Below the pieces are notes generated by a model. The model was not told the DNA's origin, did no database searches, and worked only from the letters and a program-made list of their open reading frames with translations. 64,000 nucleotides of DNA, taken from assembly GCF_009914755.1 (NCBI RefSeq), contig NC_060935.1; one strand, written 5' to 3'. Positions 12,651 to 29,566 of this stretch are shown piece after piece. Source of the DNA: the human T2T-CHM13v2.0 reference genome, Homo sapiens. A program made the position numbers and the translations under genes. The first letter of the stretch is position 1. Every line of letters begins with the position of its first letter.

Positions 12651-13639
12651 GTAGTATGTCCACTGCCTTATTTGGGCCTTGAGAGCCAGGGAATGAATCC
12701 AGGTGGAGTCTGCAGACCATTTGCAGGAAGTAACCCACAAGGGTCACGGGGATGTGCTGATGAAAACGCACTGACTGACATTTTAGGGATAGAGAGTGAA
12801 GGGTGCTGCTTTACTCTCAGAGAGCTATGCAAGGTAGCATTTCCATGTCTTCTCTTTAGAGGAAGAAAGATGTAATGGAAGCTCCACTGTAATTAGTTCC
12901 CTGACCACTTCTGACAATAGCCAAACAGAAAATTCAAATCAGAACTCTCCCACCCTGGATGGTGCAGTTTGCTTTTCCAGAAACACCTGAAATCCCAGAA
13001 GGCACCAATTGTTTCTTCAATGCAAGTTTGGCTGCTCAGCAGAAGCACTAAACAGCTGGGAAGAGCCCGTGTTTCTCAGCCTCCCAGAATGGGGCCAGTA
13101 AGGAAGAGGAGGCTAAGAAAATGGCCATGCCCCTGGAGTTTCATTCACAGAGCTGGGCTGATCTTAACCGCTAGAACAGATTCTGTCCATACAGAATCTA
13201 GGGCTGTCAGTGTAAACGGACCTAGAAATATCCATTAGTTCCACAGCTTATGGGGCCATCTTTATGAGCCACACCAATTGGGTAGATTTAAGAACTGATT
13301 CAAAGGAGACTTAAGTTCAAATCCAAGCACTGTCTCCTAGAAAAGCCTAATAATAAGATTCCAGGATCTAAGGTAAGATACACTGAACTCAAATTCTAAC
13401 TCACCCATTTGCAAGTTATGGTATTTAGTGTAGTTTTAGATAAGAAGCCAAGTGGTAAAAAGTAACAGTATTCACGTCTTTGTCGTGTTGTAAAGAATGA
13501 ATGAGATAATAAATGCCTGACATGTAGAAAGTATTCAGTAAATTCTTGCGGTTCTGAATTGCTTCACCTAAGAAGCTTACACCTTGGAAGGTAGATAGAC
13601 AAGGCAAAAGACTATAATTATTTGTCATAAGAAAATTAG

Positions 13640-14460
13640 TTCAATTGCCCAAGCTAGAAGCCCAGGAGTCATACTTAACTCCTCTCTGTCTCACATTCAT
13701 CAAGGCCAGTAAGACAGGTCTAACGCCCAAATATCTCTCATATCTGTCCCCTTTTCAAGTTCTCTTCACTAATCAAGCCATTATAATATGCAATATATAT
13801 TGCAATACTAGCCTCTTTATTCAACGAAGACATGCATGCCTGACAATTAGAGTTCATCATGTGAGATAACCAGTGTTTCCAGAAGGAACCAAACAATGAG
13901 GTTCTGAGCACCATTGCCCTTGGTAAATGTATCATTTCAAATAGATGGTTAAAGCTACCGGGCATGGCTTGGAGATCCCCTTAACTTGTGATACAAGAAA
14001 CCCTTCATGATCTGGCCCCTGTCACTCTCTGTGGTAATTTGCACATTTATCAAACAGAAGTATTTGCTGTTTTTTAGACAATCCATGCTCTCTCTTTCTC
14101 TCTTTGCATATGCTATTTCCTCTGCCTGATACCTTTCATCTTTTCATCTGGGAAAACACTAATAGCCCTTTGGGCTCAGCTGAAGTGTCCCTTCCTCTGG
14201 GAAGCCCACTTTGGCTTCACCTACCCCCACATCAAGAATAGATTAGGTGTGCCTCTACTAACCTCCTGGGACATCCTTTTAATTCTTTCATAGCACTTGT
14301 CACACTCAGTGCCATCAGCTCTCTACTTGTCAGTCTCTCTCACTGTAGATGATGAGTGTTTTGAGGACAAAGACATCTTAACAACCCTTTGTGTACCTGC
14401 ACTCAGAGCCATGCCAAACACATGAACAAGTGATGTCAACATGTCTCATTAAATGACTGA
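13640..14460 (+). mobile_element. L2 3' region
   Basis: TCATGATCTGGCCCCTG, TTTGCATATGCTATTTCCTCTGCCTG, TTCATAGCACTTGTCACA motifs in order. Confidence 0.65.
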
Positions 14461-14527
14461 ACTTTGTGGGGAGCATATCAGGTCTTCTAGAGTTCCTGCA
14501 AAGGGCTGTCTTTGTGAACTGTGTTAG

Positions 14528-14850
<323 letters not shown>

Positions 14851-15587
14851 ACCTTTGCTGATTTTTATAACCAGGGTTCAGTGGGCAACAGCAACCAAGT
14901 GTCAGTTTACAGCCAAATCAGGGATTGGACTGACTCAAGGCTGCAGTTCAGTATTTGTAAAACTAGGTCTATTTCTGATTTGTCCCTATGATTGGGAATA
15001 GCTCTTGATTTGGCAAGTGAAAGCCTAGGTGTTTTCTAGATTACCTCCTGCTCAGCATGGTGAGATTGTGGAAGCTCTGCTTAAGCCAGCTTCTTATCAA
15101 ATGCTTTCTGCTTGGTTTAGCAGCCTGACTACGTGCTACTTATGCATAGATAAATGTTTTGAGAAGAAAAATATCTCCTATTATTATACTCACTTCTTTG
15201 TGCTGCCTTCTCTCTTAATCCCTCTCTCCTTTGGTAACCCTAAGCTCCAATTATGCCCAAACCTCTGCTTAGCCACCACTTTCTGCTTGGCATTTTAATG
15301 TCTCATCCTAAACTGATTATAAGCCAGCAAATTCCTTGAGAAGGAAAGGAGCATAGAATGTCAGGCTAGGCTCACCTCAGTGAGTTTCCTTTTCTCTCAG
15401 ACACCTTACTTGGCCCCTCAAGTCCTGGCTTCCATTGGTAACACTCTAATGCTTTCAACCATTCTTAAAATTAAGCTTTTCTGTTGTTTGTTTGTTAGTA
15501 GGAGGTTTGGTCTGTTGTAAATTAGTCTGATGCAACTGACACAGCTGAAAGTAAAGTCAGTTGTTTCTCTTAAAAAATCCACATAAT

Positions 15588-15918
<331 letters not shown>

Positions 15919-17129
15919 CTAGTTAGGTCTTAAGATGATAAAAATGCCGCTGAATCACATAGTAAAGGTTCAGTATGAAGCAAATTCAGTCATATACACT
16001 TAGGGTTAGAGAGGGAGAACAACCATTTAAATATTATGGGAAAATCTTCTAACCACTCTATTTAATGAAGATATGCTTCTGATTATCAGATAGGAGACAT
16101 AAATCTTTTGTTCCCTCAGTCAGTTTCAGTGCAAACTACTTGCCATGCTGAATGTGATTCTAGAATAAAAAAAGACAGAACAATGTTTACACAACATGAC
16201 CCCTACAAGCCAGTTGTTTCATCTTGTGTTTTACTTCTGTACAGTTTGTAACTGTTGGCTTGGACTTAATGAAAATGGTATTTCAATTTCCAACATGATA
16301 CCTTTATAAAAGAGTTTCCATGCTATTTTGAATTCTATGCAATTTTCACCTTGCACGCTAACTCTCAAGGTCTATATGTGTGTCCATGTAACTCTACCCA
16401 TGGGGCACCCATTTTTCTGCTCTAATTACCTTGCAATCCCTCTGCTGAAGCAAAGAACTTTTATGGGAGAAGGGTCATCATGCCCTTCTATGAAGAGTAT
16501 GATATGAGAGCCACCCTCAGGAATAAAAGGAGAGGACAAAAATCCAAAGGCATTTTCTGTTTCCATGTCAACATGGAGCCAGAGGCTGAGAAAAACAACT
16601 GAAAGACACCTTAATTTTTGTTAATCTCTCACATTTATCTTTTTGATGTTTTCTGCCTGCTTTCATTGGGTGATTAAAATTTTTAAAGGCCTCTCTGGAT
16701 GAAAGGAGAAACTCAAGGTTTGGGTAGTAGCAGTTCTGAAGAGCATCAGTAGCAAACTGAGTGTCTGGGGCCTGTAAGGAGAAAGGAAAAGAAGGAAACC
16801 TCAGCAGTAAGCCTGGGCTTCATCAGGTGGTACCTTGATATCTGTGCATTTATATTATAATCCTATAAATATGTACTTAAAAATAAAATTTGATAAGCTG
16901 TTTCAAATGGGAGCAACAACTTTATGCCTGTTATAAGAGAAATTTTGCTTTTCTCTTGAGAGGGAGGCAGGAGAAAAATGACAGAATCATGGAGGGATGG
17001 GTAGGGGAGATGGTGAGAAAGAGCCAGCAAGGTGGAGAGAGGATAGGACAACATAACTGGAAGGACCTCTGCTACTCCATGTGAAGGTTTGCTGAAGATC
17101 ATGTTTGGTAGTATTCCCTTGAAAGCTCT

Positions 17130-17207
17130 TGTATTAGTTTGCTAAATCTGCCATAACAAAGTGCCACAAACTGGGTGGTTTAAACAATAGAACTTTATTT
17201 TATTGTC
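17130..17207 (-). mobile_element. MLT1C-like LTR, left piece (split by L1)
   Basis: TGTATTAGTTTGCT...CCACAAACTGGGTGGTTTAAACAATAG; continues at 25108. Confidence 0.85.
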
Positions 17208-17872
17208 AGGACGTGACATCAGTAAGACGGCAAAATAGGAGTTCACTCACTCATATTCCCTAATAACAGCTAGAATTCTGCACCCATTCACGGACAAAAG
17301 TCTCCTTGTGGGAGCCTTGCAATTTAGTTACAGCCTACCTCAGCCATAGACTAGGGCAGTAAAGTAAAGAACCATCCAGTCATCCAATGGGAGGCTTCCC
17401 AGAGGTCTGCAGGAAGCTACACCCATCAGCACACCTGGTAATAGGCCCACTGGCTGTGAATCCTGAAATGGAGCCTCACCTTAGCACCAGCCCCAAAGAC
17501 CAAGCTCCTGGAGCCAGTCCAGGCCACCCAGGGGACAGACCTACCAACTGTGATCTCCACTATAAAACTAGCATCAGTCATGTGACTCAGGCCCAACCCA
17601 ACTCAACCACTATCCCAGAGGCAATCTCATCAGCCCAGAGACATAACAGAAAACAAATTTAACTTGCCAAAACTAGTCTGTAAAAACTGAAAGAAGAGTT
17701 CACTTTGATTGCACAGACACCAGTGCAAAGATACATGGATATCAAAGAATCAGACATATACAACACCACCAAAGGAACTTCATAAAGCTTCAATAACAGA
17801 CCCCAAAGAAATGGATATACACACATTGTTTGAAAAATAATTCAAAACAATCATCTTAAAGAAGCTCAATGA

Positions 17873-18174
<302 letters not shown>

Positions 18175-18331
18175 GAGAGATGCAAGAAACTATAGACAAT
18201 TAAATAAAATTAGAAAAATAATTCATGAACAAAGGGAAAGGTTGAAAGGTTTAATAAAGAAATAGAAAATATAAGAAGAACCAAATAGAAATCCTGGAGC
18301 AAAATAATTTAATTAAGAACTGAAAAATTCA

Positions 18332-18676
<345 letters not shown>

Positions 18677-18883
18677 AAGAATTAGTGAACTCAAGTACAG
18701 GTCACTTGGAATTAACCCATTAGAGGAATAAAAAGAAAAGGAAAACATTGAAAAAGAGTGAAGAAAGCATAAGGGATCTACCCAACACCATCAAACATTT
18801 GAGTATACAAATTATGAGATTACTCAAAGAAGAAGAGTGAGGAAAAGGGACGGAAAACTTATTTAAAGAAATACTGCCTGAGA

Positions 18884-19036
18884 GGCCAGGTGTGACGGCT
18901 CACACCTGTAATCCCAGGAATTTGGGATGCTCAGGTGGGAAGATTGCTTGAGGCTAGGAGTTCAAGACCAGCACAGGAAACATAGCAAAAAATTACAAAC
19001 AAATAATGAAAGAATATTTAAATAATAATGATAATA
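18884..19036 (+). mobile_element. FLAM-C / Alu left monomer
   Basis: Single monomer followed by a degenerate A-rich tail. Confidence 0.8.
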
Positions 19037-19825
19037 AAAGAAATCCTATTGGAAAAGCTTCAAAATCTTGGGAGGGACATATACATACAGACTCGGTAAG
19101 CTCAAAGGACCCCAAACAAGATAAATTAAGAAAATAACACTCTGAGATACATTATAATCAAATTGTCAAAAGTCAAAGACAGATAATCTTGAAAGTAGCA
19201 AAGGAGAAGAAATTCATTACGTATAAAATATCCACCATAAAGCTATCCAGATTTTTCATCAGAAACCTTGCAAGCCAGAGGGAGTGGAATGACATATTCA
19301 AAGTGCTAAAAGAAAAACAATGCCAACCAAGAATGCTATACCTAGCAAATCTATCCCTCAGAAGTGAAGGAGAGACAAAGAAATTCCAAGACAAACAAAA
19401 GTGGAAGGAGTTCATCACCATGAGTCCGCCCTTACAAGAAATGCTAAAGAAAGTTTTTTGAGTTAAAGCAAAAGAATAGGTAGCAATATGAAAATATATG
19501 AAAGCATAAAACTCACTAGTAAAGGTAAATACATATAAAATTTAGAATACTCCAATACTGTGAAGGTATTGTGTAAATCCCTCTTAACTCTAGGATAAGA
19601 GTTAAAGAGACAAATGCATGAAAAACAGTGATAAACTTCTGATTAATAGATACACAATAAAATAGAGATAAATGGCATCAATAGTATAAAATGTAAGGGA
19701 GAGAAGTAAAAGTTTAGAGTCTTTGCATGTGATTGAAGCTAAGGTACTATCAGCTTAAATTAGGATATTATAATTATAAGATATTTTGTATAATCCTCAT
19801 GACAACAATGAAGAAAAAAACCTCT

Positions 19826-20548
<723 letters not shown>

Positions 20549-22464
20549 CTACAAGAAAATACAAGAAATTACAAATAAGGACGACAAAATTGGAAGAGAA
20601 GAACAAAAGAACTACATAACAGTCAGTAAAATATTAACAAAATACCAGAAGTCCTTACCTATCAATAATTACTTTAAATGTAATGGATTAAATTCTCCAA
20701 TAAAAAGAAATGGAGTAGATGAATGGATAAAATAAAAACCAAGATCCAACAATATGATACCTAGAAGAGACCCACTGTAGCCTGAAAAACATACTAAGAC
20801 TGAGAGTAAGGATTGTAAAAAGATATTCCAGGCAAATGGTATCTAAAATAGAGCAGGGGTGGCTATGCTTATATTAGAAAAAGTCGACTTTAAGTAAAAC
20901 ACCGTATAAAGAGATAAAGAAGGTCTTTATATTATGATAGAGGTCAATACATCAAGAGGATATAACAATTTTAAAAATATATGCATCCAACATCAAAACA
21001 CCTAAATACATGAAGGAAGTATTCATAGATCTGAAGGGTGAGATAGACTGCAACACAATGATAGTAGCAGACTTCCATAATCCACTTTCAACAATGTATA
21101 GGTCATCAACACAGAAAATCAATAAGAAAACAGAGTACCTGAACAACACCTTAGACCAAATAGACCTAACATATATGTATATAAAATATTCTATCCCAGA
21201 GCAACAAAATACACATTCTTCTCAAGCACAGAACATTCTCCAGAATAGATGATATGTTAGTGAGCAAAACAAGTCTTAGCAAATTTAAGAATATTAAAAT
21301 CATATCAAGTATATTACCTAGCCACAATTGAGTGAAACTAGAAACCAGTTACAAAAGAACTTTTAGAAAACTCACAAATACACAGGAATTAAGCAATATG
21401 CTCCTGAATAACCAATGGGTTAAAGAAGAAATTCAAAGAGAAATAAAAAGCATTTTGAGACAAATGAAAATAGAAGCACAATGTATCAAAACTCATGGGA
21501 GGCAGCAAAAGCAGTTCTAAGAAGAAAGTTTACAGCAATAAATGCCTACATTGAAAAAGAAGGAAGATCTCAAATAAACAACTTACTTCCTTACACCTGA
21601 AGGAACTAGAAAAAAAGAAAAAATTAAACCTAAAATCAGTAGAAGAAAAGAAATAATAAAAATCAGAGCAGAAATAAATGAAATTGAGAGAAGACAATAG
21701 AAAAGATCGATGGAACTAAGAGATGATTCTTTGAAAAGTGAAACAAAATCAACAAACCTTTAACTAGACTAAGAAAAAATGAGAGAAAACTCAGTATCAG
21801 AACTTGAAAAAGGAGACATTACAACTGATATCACAAAAATACAAATGATTATAAGAAACTACCATGAACAATTAATTGTATGCCAACCAATTGGATAACC
21901 TAGAAGAAATGGATACATTCCTAAAAACATACAATCTACCAATACTAAATCAAGAAGAAATAGAAAATTGGAATAGATTAACAAGTGAGATGATTGAGTC
22001 AATAATTTAAAAAAAACCTCCCATCAAACAAAAGCCCAGAACCAGATGGTTTCACAGCAGAATTCTACCACCAAATATTTAAAGAAATAATACCAATCCT
22101 TCCAAAAAATAGAAGAAAAAATACTTCCCAACTAATTATCTGAGGCCAGTATTCCCCTGATACCAAAGCCAGACAAGGACACTACAAGGAAAGAAAATTA
22201 CAGGCCAATGTCTACGATGAACATAGATGCAAGAATCTTCAAACTAGCAAACCAAATTCAGCAGCACATTAAAAGGTTAGTATACTATAATCAAGTGGGA
22301 TTTATCCCTGGGATGCAAAAATAGTTCAACATATGCAAATCAATAAATGTGATACATTATACTAACAGAATGAAGGACAAAAACATATGATCATCTTGAG
22401 AAATGCAGAAAGTGAATATAACAAAATTCAACATCTTTTGATGATAAAAACTCTCAGCAAATTA

Positions 22465-22848
<384 letters not shown>

Positions 22849-25107
22849 AAAAAGTTGAAAGCTTTCCCTGTAAGATCAGGAACAAAACAAGGGTGCTCAC
22901 TCTCACCACTTCCATTCAACATAGTACTGGAAGTTCTAGCCAGAAAAATTGGACAAGAAAAAGAAATTTAAAAAAGAAAAGCGAAATTGTTTGTTTGTGG
23001 ATGACATGATCATATATAGAGAAAATTCTAAAGGCTCCACCAAAACATTGTTAGAACTGATAAACTAATTTCATAAAGTTGTAGGGCACAAAATTAACAC
23101 AAAAAATCAGTAGTGTTTCTTTACTTTAACAATAAAATTATCTATAAAAAAATTAAGAAATCAATTTCATTCACAATAGCTTGAAAAAATACATAGGAAT
23201 AAATTTATCCAAGGAGTTGAAAGATCTGTTTGTTGAGAAGTATAAAATATTTATGAAAGAATTTGAGGACAACACAAATAAGTTTTGTCTGTTCATGGTT
23301 TGGAATAGTTAGTATTGTTAATATGTCTACACTACCCAAAGTGATCTACAGATACAAGGCATTCCCTATTAAAATTCCAATGTCATTCTTCACAAAAATT
23401 TTAAAAAATACTGAAATTTGTATGGAATTGCAAAAGACCTTGAATAGCCAAAGCAATCTTGAACAACAACAACAACGACAACAAAAAAACAAAACAAAGC
23501 TGGAGGCATCACAATACCTCATGTCACAAAATCTATTCCAAAGCTATTGTAATGAAAATCGAATGGCACTGGCATTAAAAACAGAATCACTGACCAATGG
23601 AATGGGATAGGAAGCCTAGAAATAAACTCACATATTTATGGTTAATTGATTTTCATCAAAGTTGCCAAGAATACACAATGGAGAAATAACAATTTCTTCA
23701 ATAAATGGTGTTGGGAAACAGGACGTCCACCGCAGAATAAAATTGAAACTTTTTTCACACTGTATTAAAAATCAACTTGAAATGTATTAAGTATTTAGAC
23801 ATAATACCTGACACTATAAAACTACCAAAAGAAAACATCGGGGAAATGCTCCACGACATTGGTCTGGGCAAAGATTTCTTGAATATGACCCCAAAACTAC
23901 AGGCAGCAAAAGAAAAAATAGACAAATGAGATTGCATCAAACTAAAAAGATTTGGCACAACAAAGGATACAACTGATGGAGTGAAGAGACAACCCACGGA
24001 TTAGGAGAAAATATTTGTAAACCATACATCAGATAAGATGCTAATATTCAAAATATATAAGGAACTCAAGCAACTCAATATCAAGAAGGCAAATAATTCA
24101 ATCAAAAATAAGCAAAGAAGCTAAACAGACTCTTTTGAAAGAAGATATACCAATGGTTAACACATACATGAAAAAATTCTCATTATAATTAATCATCGGA
24201 GAAATGCAAATTAAAACCACAATGAGATATCACCTTGCACCTGTTAGAATGGCTATTAATGAAAAAGACAAAAGATAACAAGTGTTGGTGAGGATATTAT
24301 ATATACCACATTGGCCAAAGGAAACCTTGGCATTGTTAGTGGGAATGTAAACTAATACAACCATTATGGAAAAACAGTATGGAAGTTCCTCAGAAAACCA
24401 AACATAGAATTGCCATATGATCCAGCAATCTCACTTCTGGGTATATATCCAAAGAAATTGAAATCAGTGTGCTGAAGAAATATCTGAACTCTCATGTACA
24501 TTGCAGCATTATTTATAATAGCTAGGATATGGAAGCAACCTAGATGTCTATCATCAGGTGAATGGATAAAGAAAATGTAAGTACATACACACAATGAATA
24601 TGGAATATTATTCAGCCTTAAAAAAGGGAGAAATCCTATTATTTGCAACAACATGGGTGAACCTGGAAAACATTATGCTAAGTGAAATAAGCCAGGCACA
24701 GAAAGACAAATACTACATGATATCACTTATATGTGGAATCTAAAAATACTGAATTCATCGAAGGGGAGAGTAGAATGATGGTTACCAGAGGCTGGGGGAG
24801 AAGGGTGGTTGGGAAAAGGGGAAATGTTGATCAAAGCGTAGAAAGTTTCAGTTAGACATAAGGAATAAGCTTTAGTAATCAATTGCATGGAATGCTGACT
24901 ATAATAAATAATAATATATTGTGGATTTCAAAACTGCTGAAAGAGTAGATTTTAAATATTTTCACCACAAAAAAATGATAAATATGTGAGGAATAGAATT
25001 AGCCTGCTTTAATTATTTCATACCAAACATAGATCAAAACATCACGTTTTGCCCCATATATATATATACACAATTATTATGTATCAATGAAAAATAAAAC
25101 TAAAAAA

Positions 25108-25508
25108 AGAAATTTATTATCTCTTGGTTCTGGAGGTTAGAAGTCAAAGACCAAGGTGTCAGACCAAGGTGTCATCAGGGCTGGTTCCTTCTGAGGACTG
25201 TGAGAAAGAATCTCTTCCCCTCACTTCTGGTGGTTTGCTGGAAATCACACACTCTCTGTGTTGTAGAAGCATCCCTCTGATCTCTGCCTGCATCTTCCAT
25301 GGTATTCTCCCTGTGTGCATGTCTGCCTCCACATTTCCCCTTTTGACAAGGACACTAGTCTTATTGGATTAGGGCCCACCCTAGTCACCTCCTTTTAACT
25401 TGTCTGCCTCTGTAAAGACCCTATTTCTACATAAAGTCATATTCTGAGGTGCTGAGACTTAGGATTCCAACACTTCTTTTTGTAGGGGGCACAAGTCAAC
25501 ACATAATA
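25108..25508 (-). mobile_element. MLT1C-like LTR, right piece
   Basis: GGTTCTGGAGG...GGATTAGGGCCCACCCT...CAACACATAATA; LTR TSD gctct/gccct. Confidence 0.88.
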
Positions 25509-26329
25509 GCCCTACTCTCACTCCTTGCCAAAGAGCAAGGATCTGGGGGCTGGATTTTAGTGGAACTCCCATGGCTAGGGCCATATGTTGCAGCTAGAGA
25601 GAGCACGTGCACAAGCAGGAGCTCAGAGGACAATGGGCCCATGGACTAAGAAAACTTGAGGAAGTCCTCACATGTCCACTAGCCATTGACCAAATGGTGT
25701 TATAGAAAACATTTCAGAAAATCAATTTCAAAGCACATGTCAAAGTTTCATTATAGTCTTACTGCAAGTGAAAAGGCCACTAGAAGCCCAATTCAAAGAT
25801 TCAATTTTGTCAGGGACATTTTATAGGACAAGAGAATGATGGATTATTATTAAGCTAAGATGCAAAAAGAAATGATTTTTTTTTTCCCGTAAACAATTGC
25901 CTAAACACTGAGACAATTGACTGACAGAGCAGGTGGGTGGGTGGATGATTAGATTCCCAGAACAAATCTTAATCTCATTAAACTTAATTAGAAAATTGAT
26001 TAAGTGTTTTATCAGGAAAGCTCACTTCTTCTCAGAAGTAGAGTTTGAACTACATCAACTAAAAAGGTTCTGTCCTAGACTAGATTTAGAATGTCTTTTC
26101 TCTTACAGGGGTTCAAACCTTTTTGCCCCCTGCTGACATCTGGGCTCCATTCTAAGGATCCCATGTCCCAGTGGCATCTATTCCATAGAAGCACCACATA
26201 AGCACCTCCATAGGAGCAGCTCCTGTCCATCCTGTCCTCTCTCTCCAAGAAACGGGAACTGTTCTCCCTTTGCAAAACCCAGACTCCTTCTTTGGGCCCA
26301 GTATGATCACCCTCACCTTGTCTCAGAGA

Positions 26330-26712
26330 GATCTCTTCTTGACTCACTCCCCTCCATCCACATTGACCCCCTTTCTATTCTTCAGAACTGTCAAGTTCTT
26401 TTGTGTTTTGGGCTTTTGCACTTTCTTGTCCCTCTGCCTGCAGTGTTCTTCCACAGAGTCGGCTCCTTCTCACATTTGGGGCTCAGTTCAATGACACCTA
26501 CTCACAGAGGCTTTCTCCAGCCAAATTACCTGTCTCGTTTTATCCTGCTTACTTCCTTCATGGCACTAAGCAGCACCCACCCATATGTTGTCACTTATTC
26601 ATGCCCTTTTCTCTTGTCTGCATTTCCTACCAGATTGTTAGATGCATTGTTCATTCCATTGGCCAAATGGCCTGTAGCATATAGTAGACTCTCAATAAAT
26701 TGTTGATGAATC
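26330..26712 (+). mobile_element. L2 3' end
   Basis: Ends GCATATAGTAGACTCTCAATAAATTGTTGATGAAT. Confidence 0.75.
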
Positions 26713-27974
26713 TTGAAATGTTGAATTCATATATATTGGTGAACACTATAAATGTATGGGGGACCGTGGCTCAGAGAGTTGGGTAATTGACATAAGATCA
26801 CACAACTTTAAGTGGTGGAATGAAGAAACTAATTTGACTCACTGCAAACCCTCTACTCTTCTCACTCTTTCTCTTTGTCTTGTTTATCTCTTAATCCTAG
26901 GAGTGCTCAACCCTTCTTTGTTGTTAGCTATCCTCATTCTGTGGGCCTGACCATGCAAGAGCTAGTTTACTTTGACCTAGAGGACACAAATCTCTTCTGA
27001 TGCTTTAGGTCCCATGGGCAGCCCAGCTGGCTCTAAGATGATTGCCCTTCCTTCCAAAGCAACCAAGATGCTCACTGGGCAGCCCCAAAGCATCTCTTCT
27101 TCCCCACCTTAGAAGCCCTTCATTCCACACTTGTGCAACAATCATCAAACCTCCTCTGGGCCAGGTCTGTCCTAGGAGCTACGATGCTGTCCTTGCTTCT
27201 CCTAGTGAGGCTTTCTGTCTCTGCACTGCTCCATCTGATTTCCTTTTTAATTTCTCTAAACATAAATAAGTCAATAACATTTTCTATCTTTTCTCTTATC
27301 AGCCCTTTTCCTGCTGAATCTCAGATCCTGCTCACACCTGCCTATTCCTGTCCCTGGGTTAGGCAGAAAACAATCTATCCTAGCTCAGTACAAGCATTAG
27401 CATATCAAAAACTCCAGGTTACATTGTGGTTACTCCCACTCAGTACAGCACCTGAGACTCAAATCCCAACAGATGTTGAGGCAAATGGTTGCATATATTA
27501 AATTTCCATATAAGGAGCCTGGTGTGATACAGACACACAAGCCCTATAACAAAATCTCCCCAAACTTTCTCTCCAAACTCCAACCCAAAGGTACTGAGGA
27601 GGCAGGTTGGACTTGCCTGGCCTTGCCTTGTCTCAGATGCTAGTCCAGGACAAGTCTAAAATTAGCCACACCCCCTCCTGCTGCTAAAACTCAGCTGGAG
27701 CAGCAGCAGCACGGGGCCCAGCTACTTTTAGAAACCATTTCTTTGTGGCTTAGTGCTGAGCAACAGAAACAGGTGATGGAAACTGGGCCCGGAAAGAAAA
27801 GCTGGATCAAGTTTAGAAGCTGGAATCAGGATGCCAGATCCAGGGACCAGGGATGCAAATCCAGGCTGATGTGGTCATGGTCAGTCAAGGAGAAACAGCT
27901 CAGAAACAAGCCGGAATTGTCCATAGCTCTTATTACAATGCTGAGGTCAGGGGGAGGAGGTGAGGAGTGCAGAG

Positions 27975-28200
27975 ACAGAAGGGAGCAGATATTTATTGGT
28001 ACACACTGCGTGCCAGTTGACTTATATATGGCATCACATTGAGCCTCATTAGTAGGTACTATTATTTTGCCTCTTGTACCATTAACTAAATGGAGTGTCA
28101 GAGATGGTCAGCAACTTAGCTAATGTCATACAGCTAGTCAACGGCAAAGCAGGGATTCAAACCTTAGCCTATTTAACATAAAGCCTGACATTTTTCTCTA
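27975..28200 (-). mobile_element. MIR fragment
   Basis: GTCATACAGCTAGTCAACGGCAAAGCAGGGATTCAAACC. Confidence 0.7.
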
Positions 28201-28274
28201 TGTTGTCTCCAGGAGTAGCAGGGAAGGGGATTTCAAATGCACAACCCAGGAGAATGGCCCACCAATTCACATCA

Positions 28275-28452
28275 TCAATATTTCTCACCTTGGATCAAAT
28301 CCTAATCACCTGAGGAGCCTGGAAAAAGATACCAGTTTTTGGACCTCATCACCCAGAGGTTCTGAGTTAATTATTCTGGGGTGGGTCCTTGGAATAGCTA
28401 TTTCACGATATTCACAGAGATTCTTTTGTGTGGCTCAGGTCAAGAATCACAC
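28275..28452. mobile_element. MER5-like hAT MITE
   Basis: AATCACCTGAGGAGC...CCCAGAGGTTCTGAGTTAATT...AAGAATCAC. Confidence 0.65.
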
Positions 28453-28511
28453 TGTATGCTTTGTTGTTGTCCAACTCTCTTGGGCAAGCTGGAGAAGTAG
28501 GGTGGCCATAG

Positions 28512-28831
<320 letters not shown>

Positions 28832-29399
28832 AGATATTTATACTTAACTCACCTGGGTTCCACAGCAGACAGACAGAACAACTGGCCAGTGACGGCACAT
28901 TTCCACAGAGGCTTCTCTGGTTGAAGGTGGTCTCAAATTCTGAAATCAGGTAAGGAATTAAAACAGCATTCCCACAAACAAAGATCAGAGGCCAGGAACC
29001 TGGGATCTTGGGATTTTATAAAGAAGAAATGTTCAAAGAAGACAGGAATAGAATCAGTGCCACCTGTCATTCTAATGTGTCACTGTACCCCTTTCTCCAA
29101 CCTGCTGCTAGAAACCTCTAAGAAAGAAAAGAGTCCCTCAGTGTGGCAGGTGGGGCTCCACCAAGATGAGCCCACCTCTGATTGCACTCAAAGGTGTCTG
29201 CCCTCAGAGGCTCAGCTCACAGCTTCCACACATTGGCACCTAATTTTGTATATTTGCTGTCCTTTTGTTTCTAATTGTTTCATGTTTAATTGCTTCAAGT
29301 ACTGTCCTGTCTGAACTCTCTTGGAGGACAGGATCTGTGCCATGCAGGAGATAGAAACTGACATCTGAAAAAGCTCTGCTATCCTGGCTATTACATCTT

Positions 29400-29566
29400 T
29401 AGGTCCTCTTGAATGCATACCAGTGTCATCTTGGGAACTTTAAAAAACACAAATGTCTGTGTCCCAATCCCTGAGAATGTGATTTAATTAGTATGGGTTG
29501 TAGCATGAGCATGAGGACTTTTCAAAGCTCCTCACGTAGTTCTAATGTACACCTGAGGTTGAGAAT
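29400..29566. mobile_element. MER5A-like MITE
   Basis: GATTTAATTAGTATGGGTTG...AAGCTCCTC...TCTAATGTAC...GGTTGAGAA. Confidence 0.6.
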
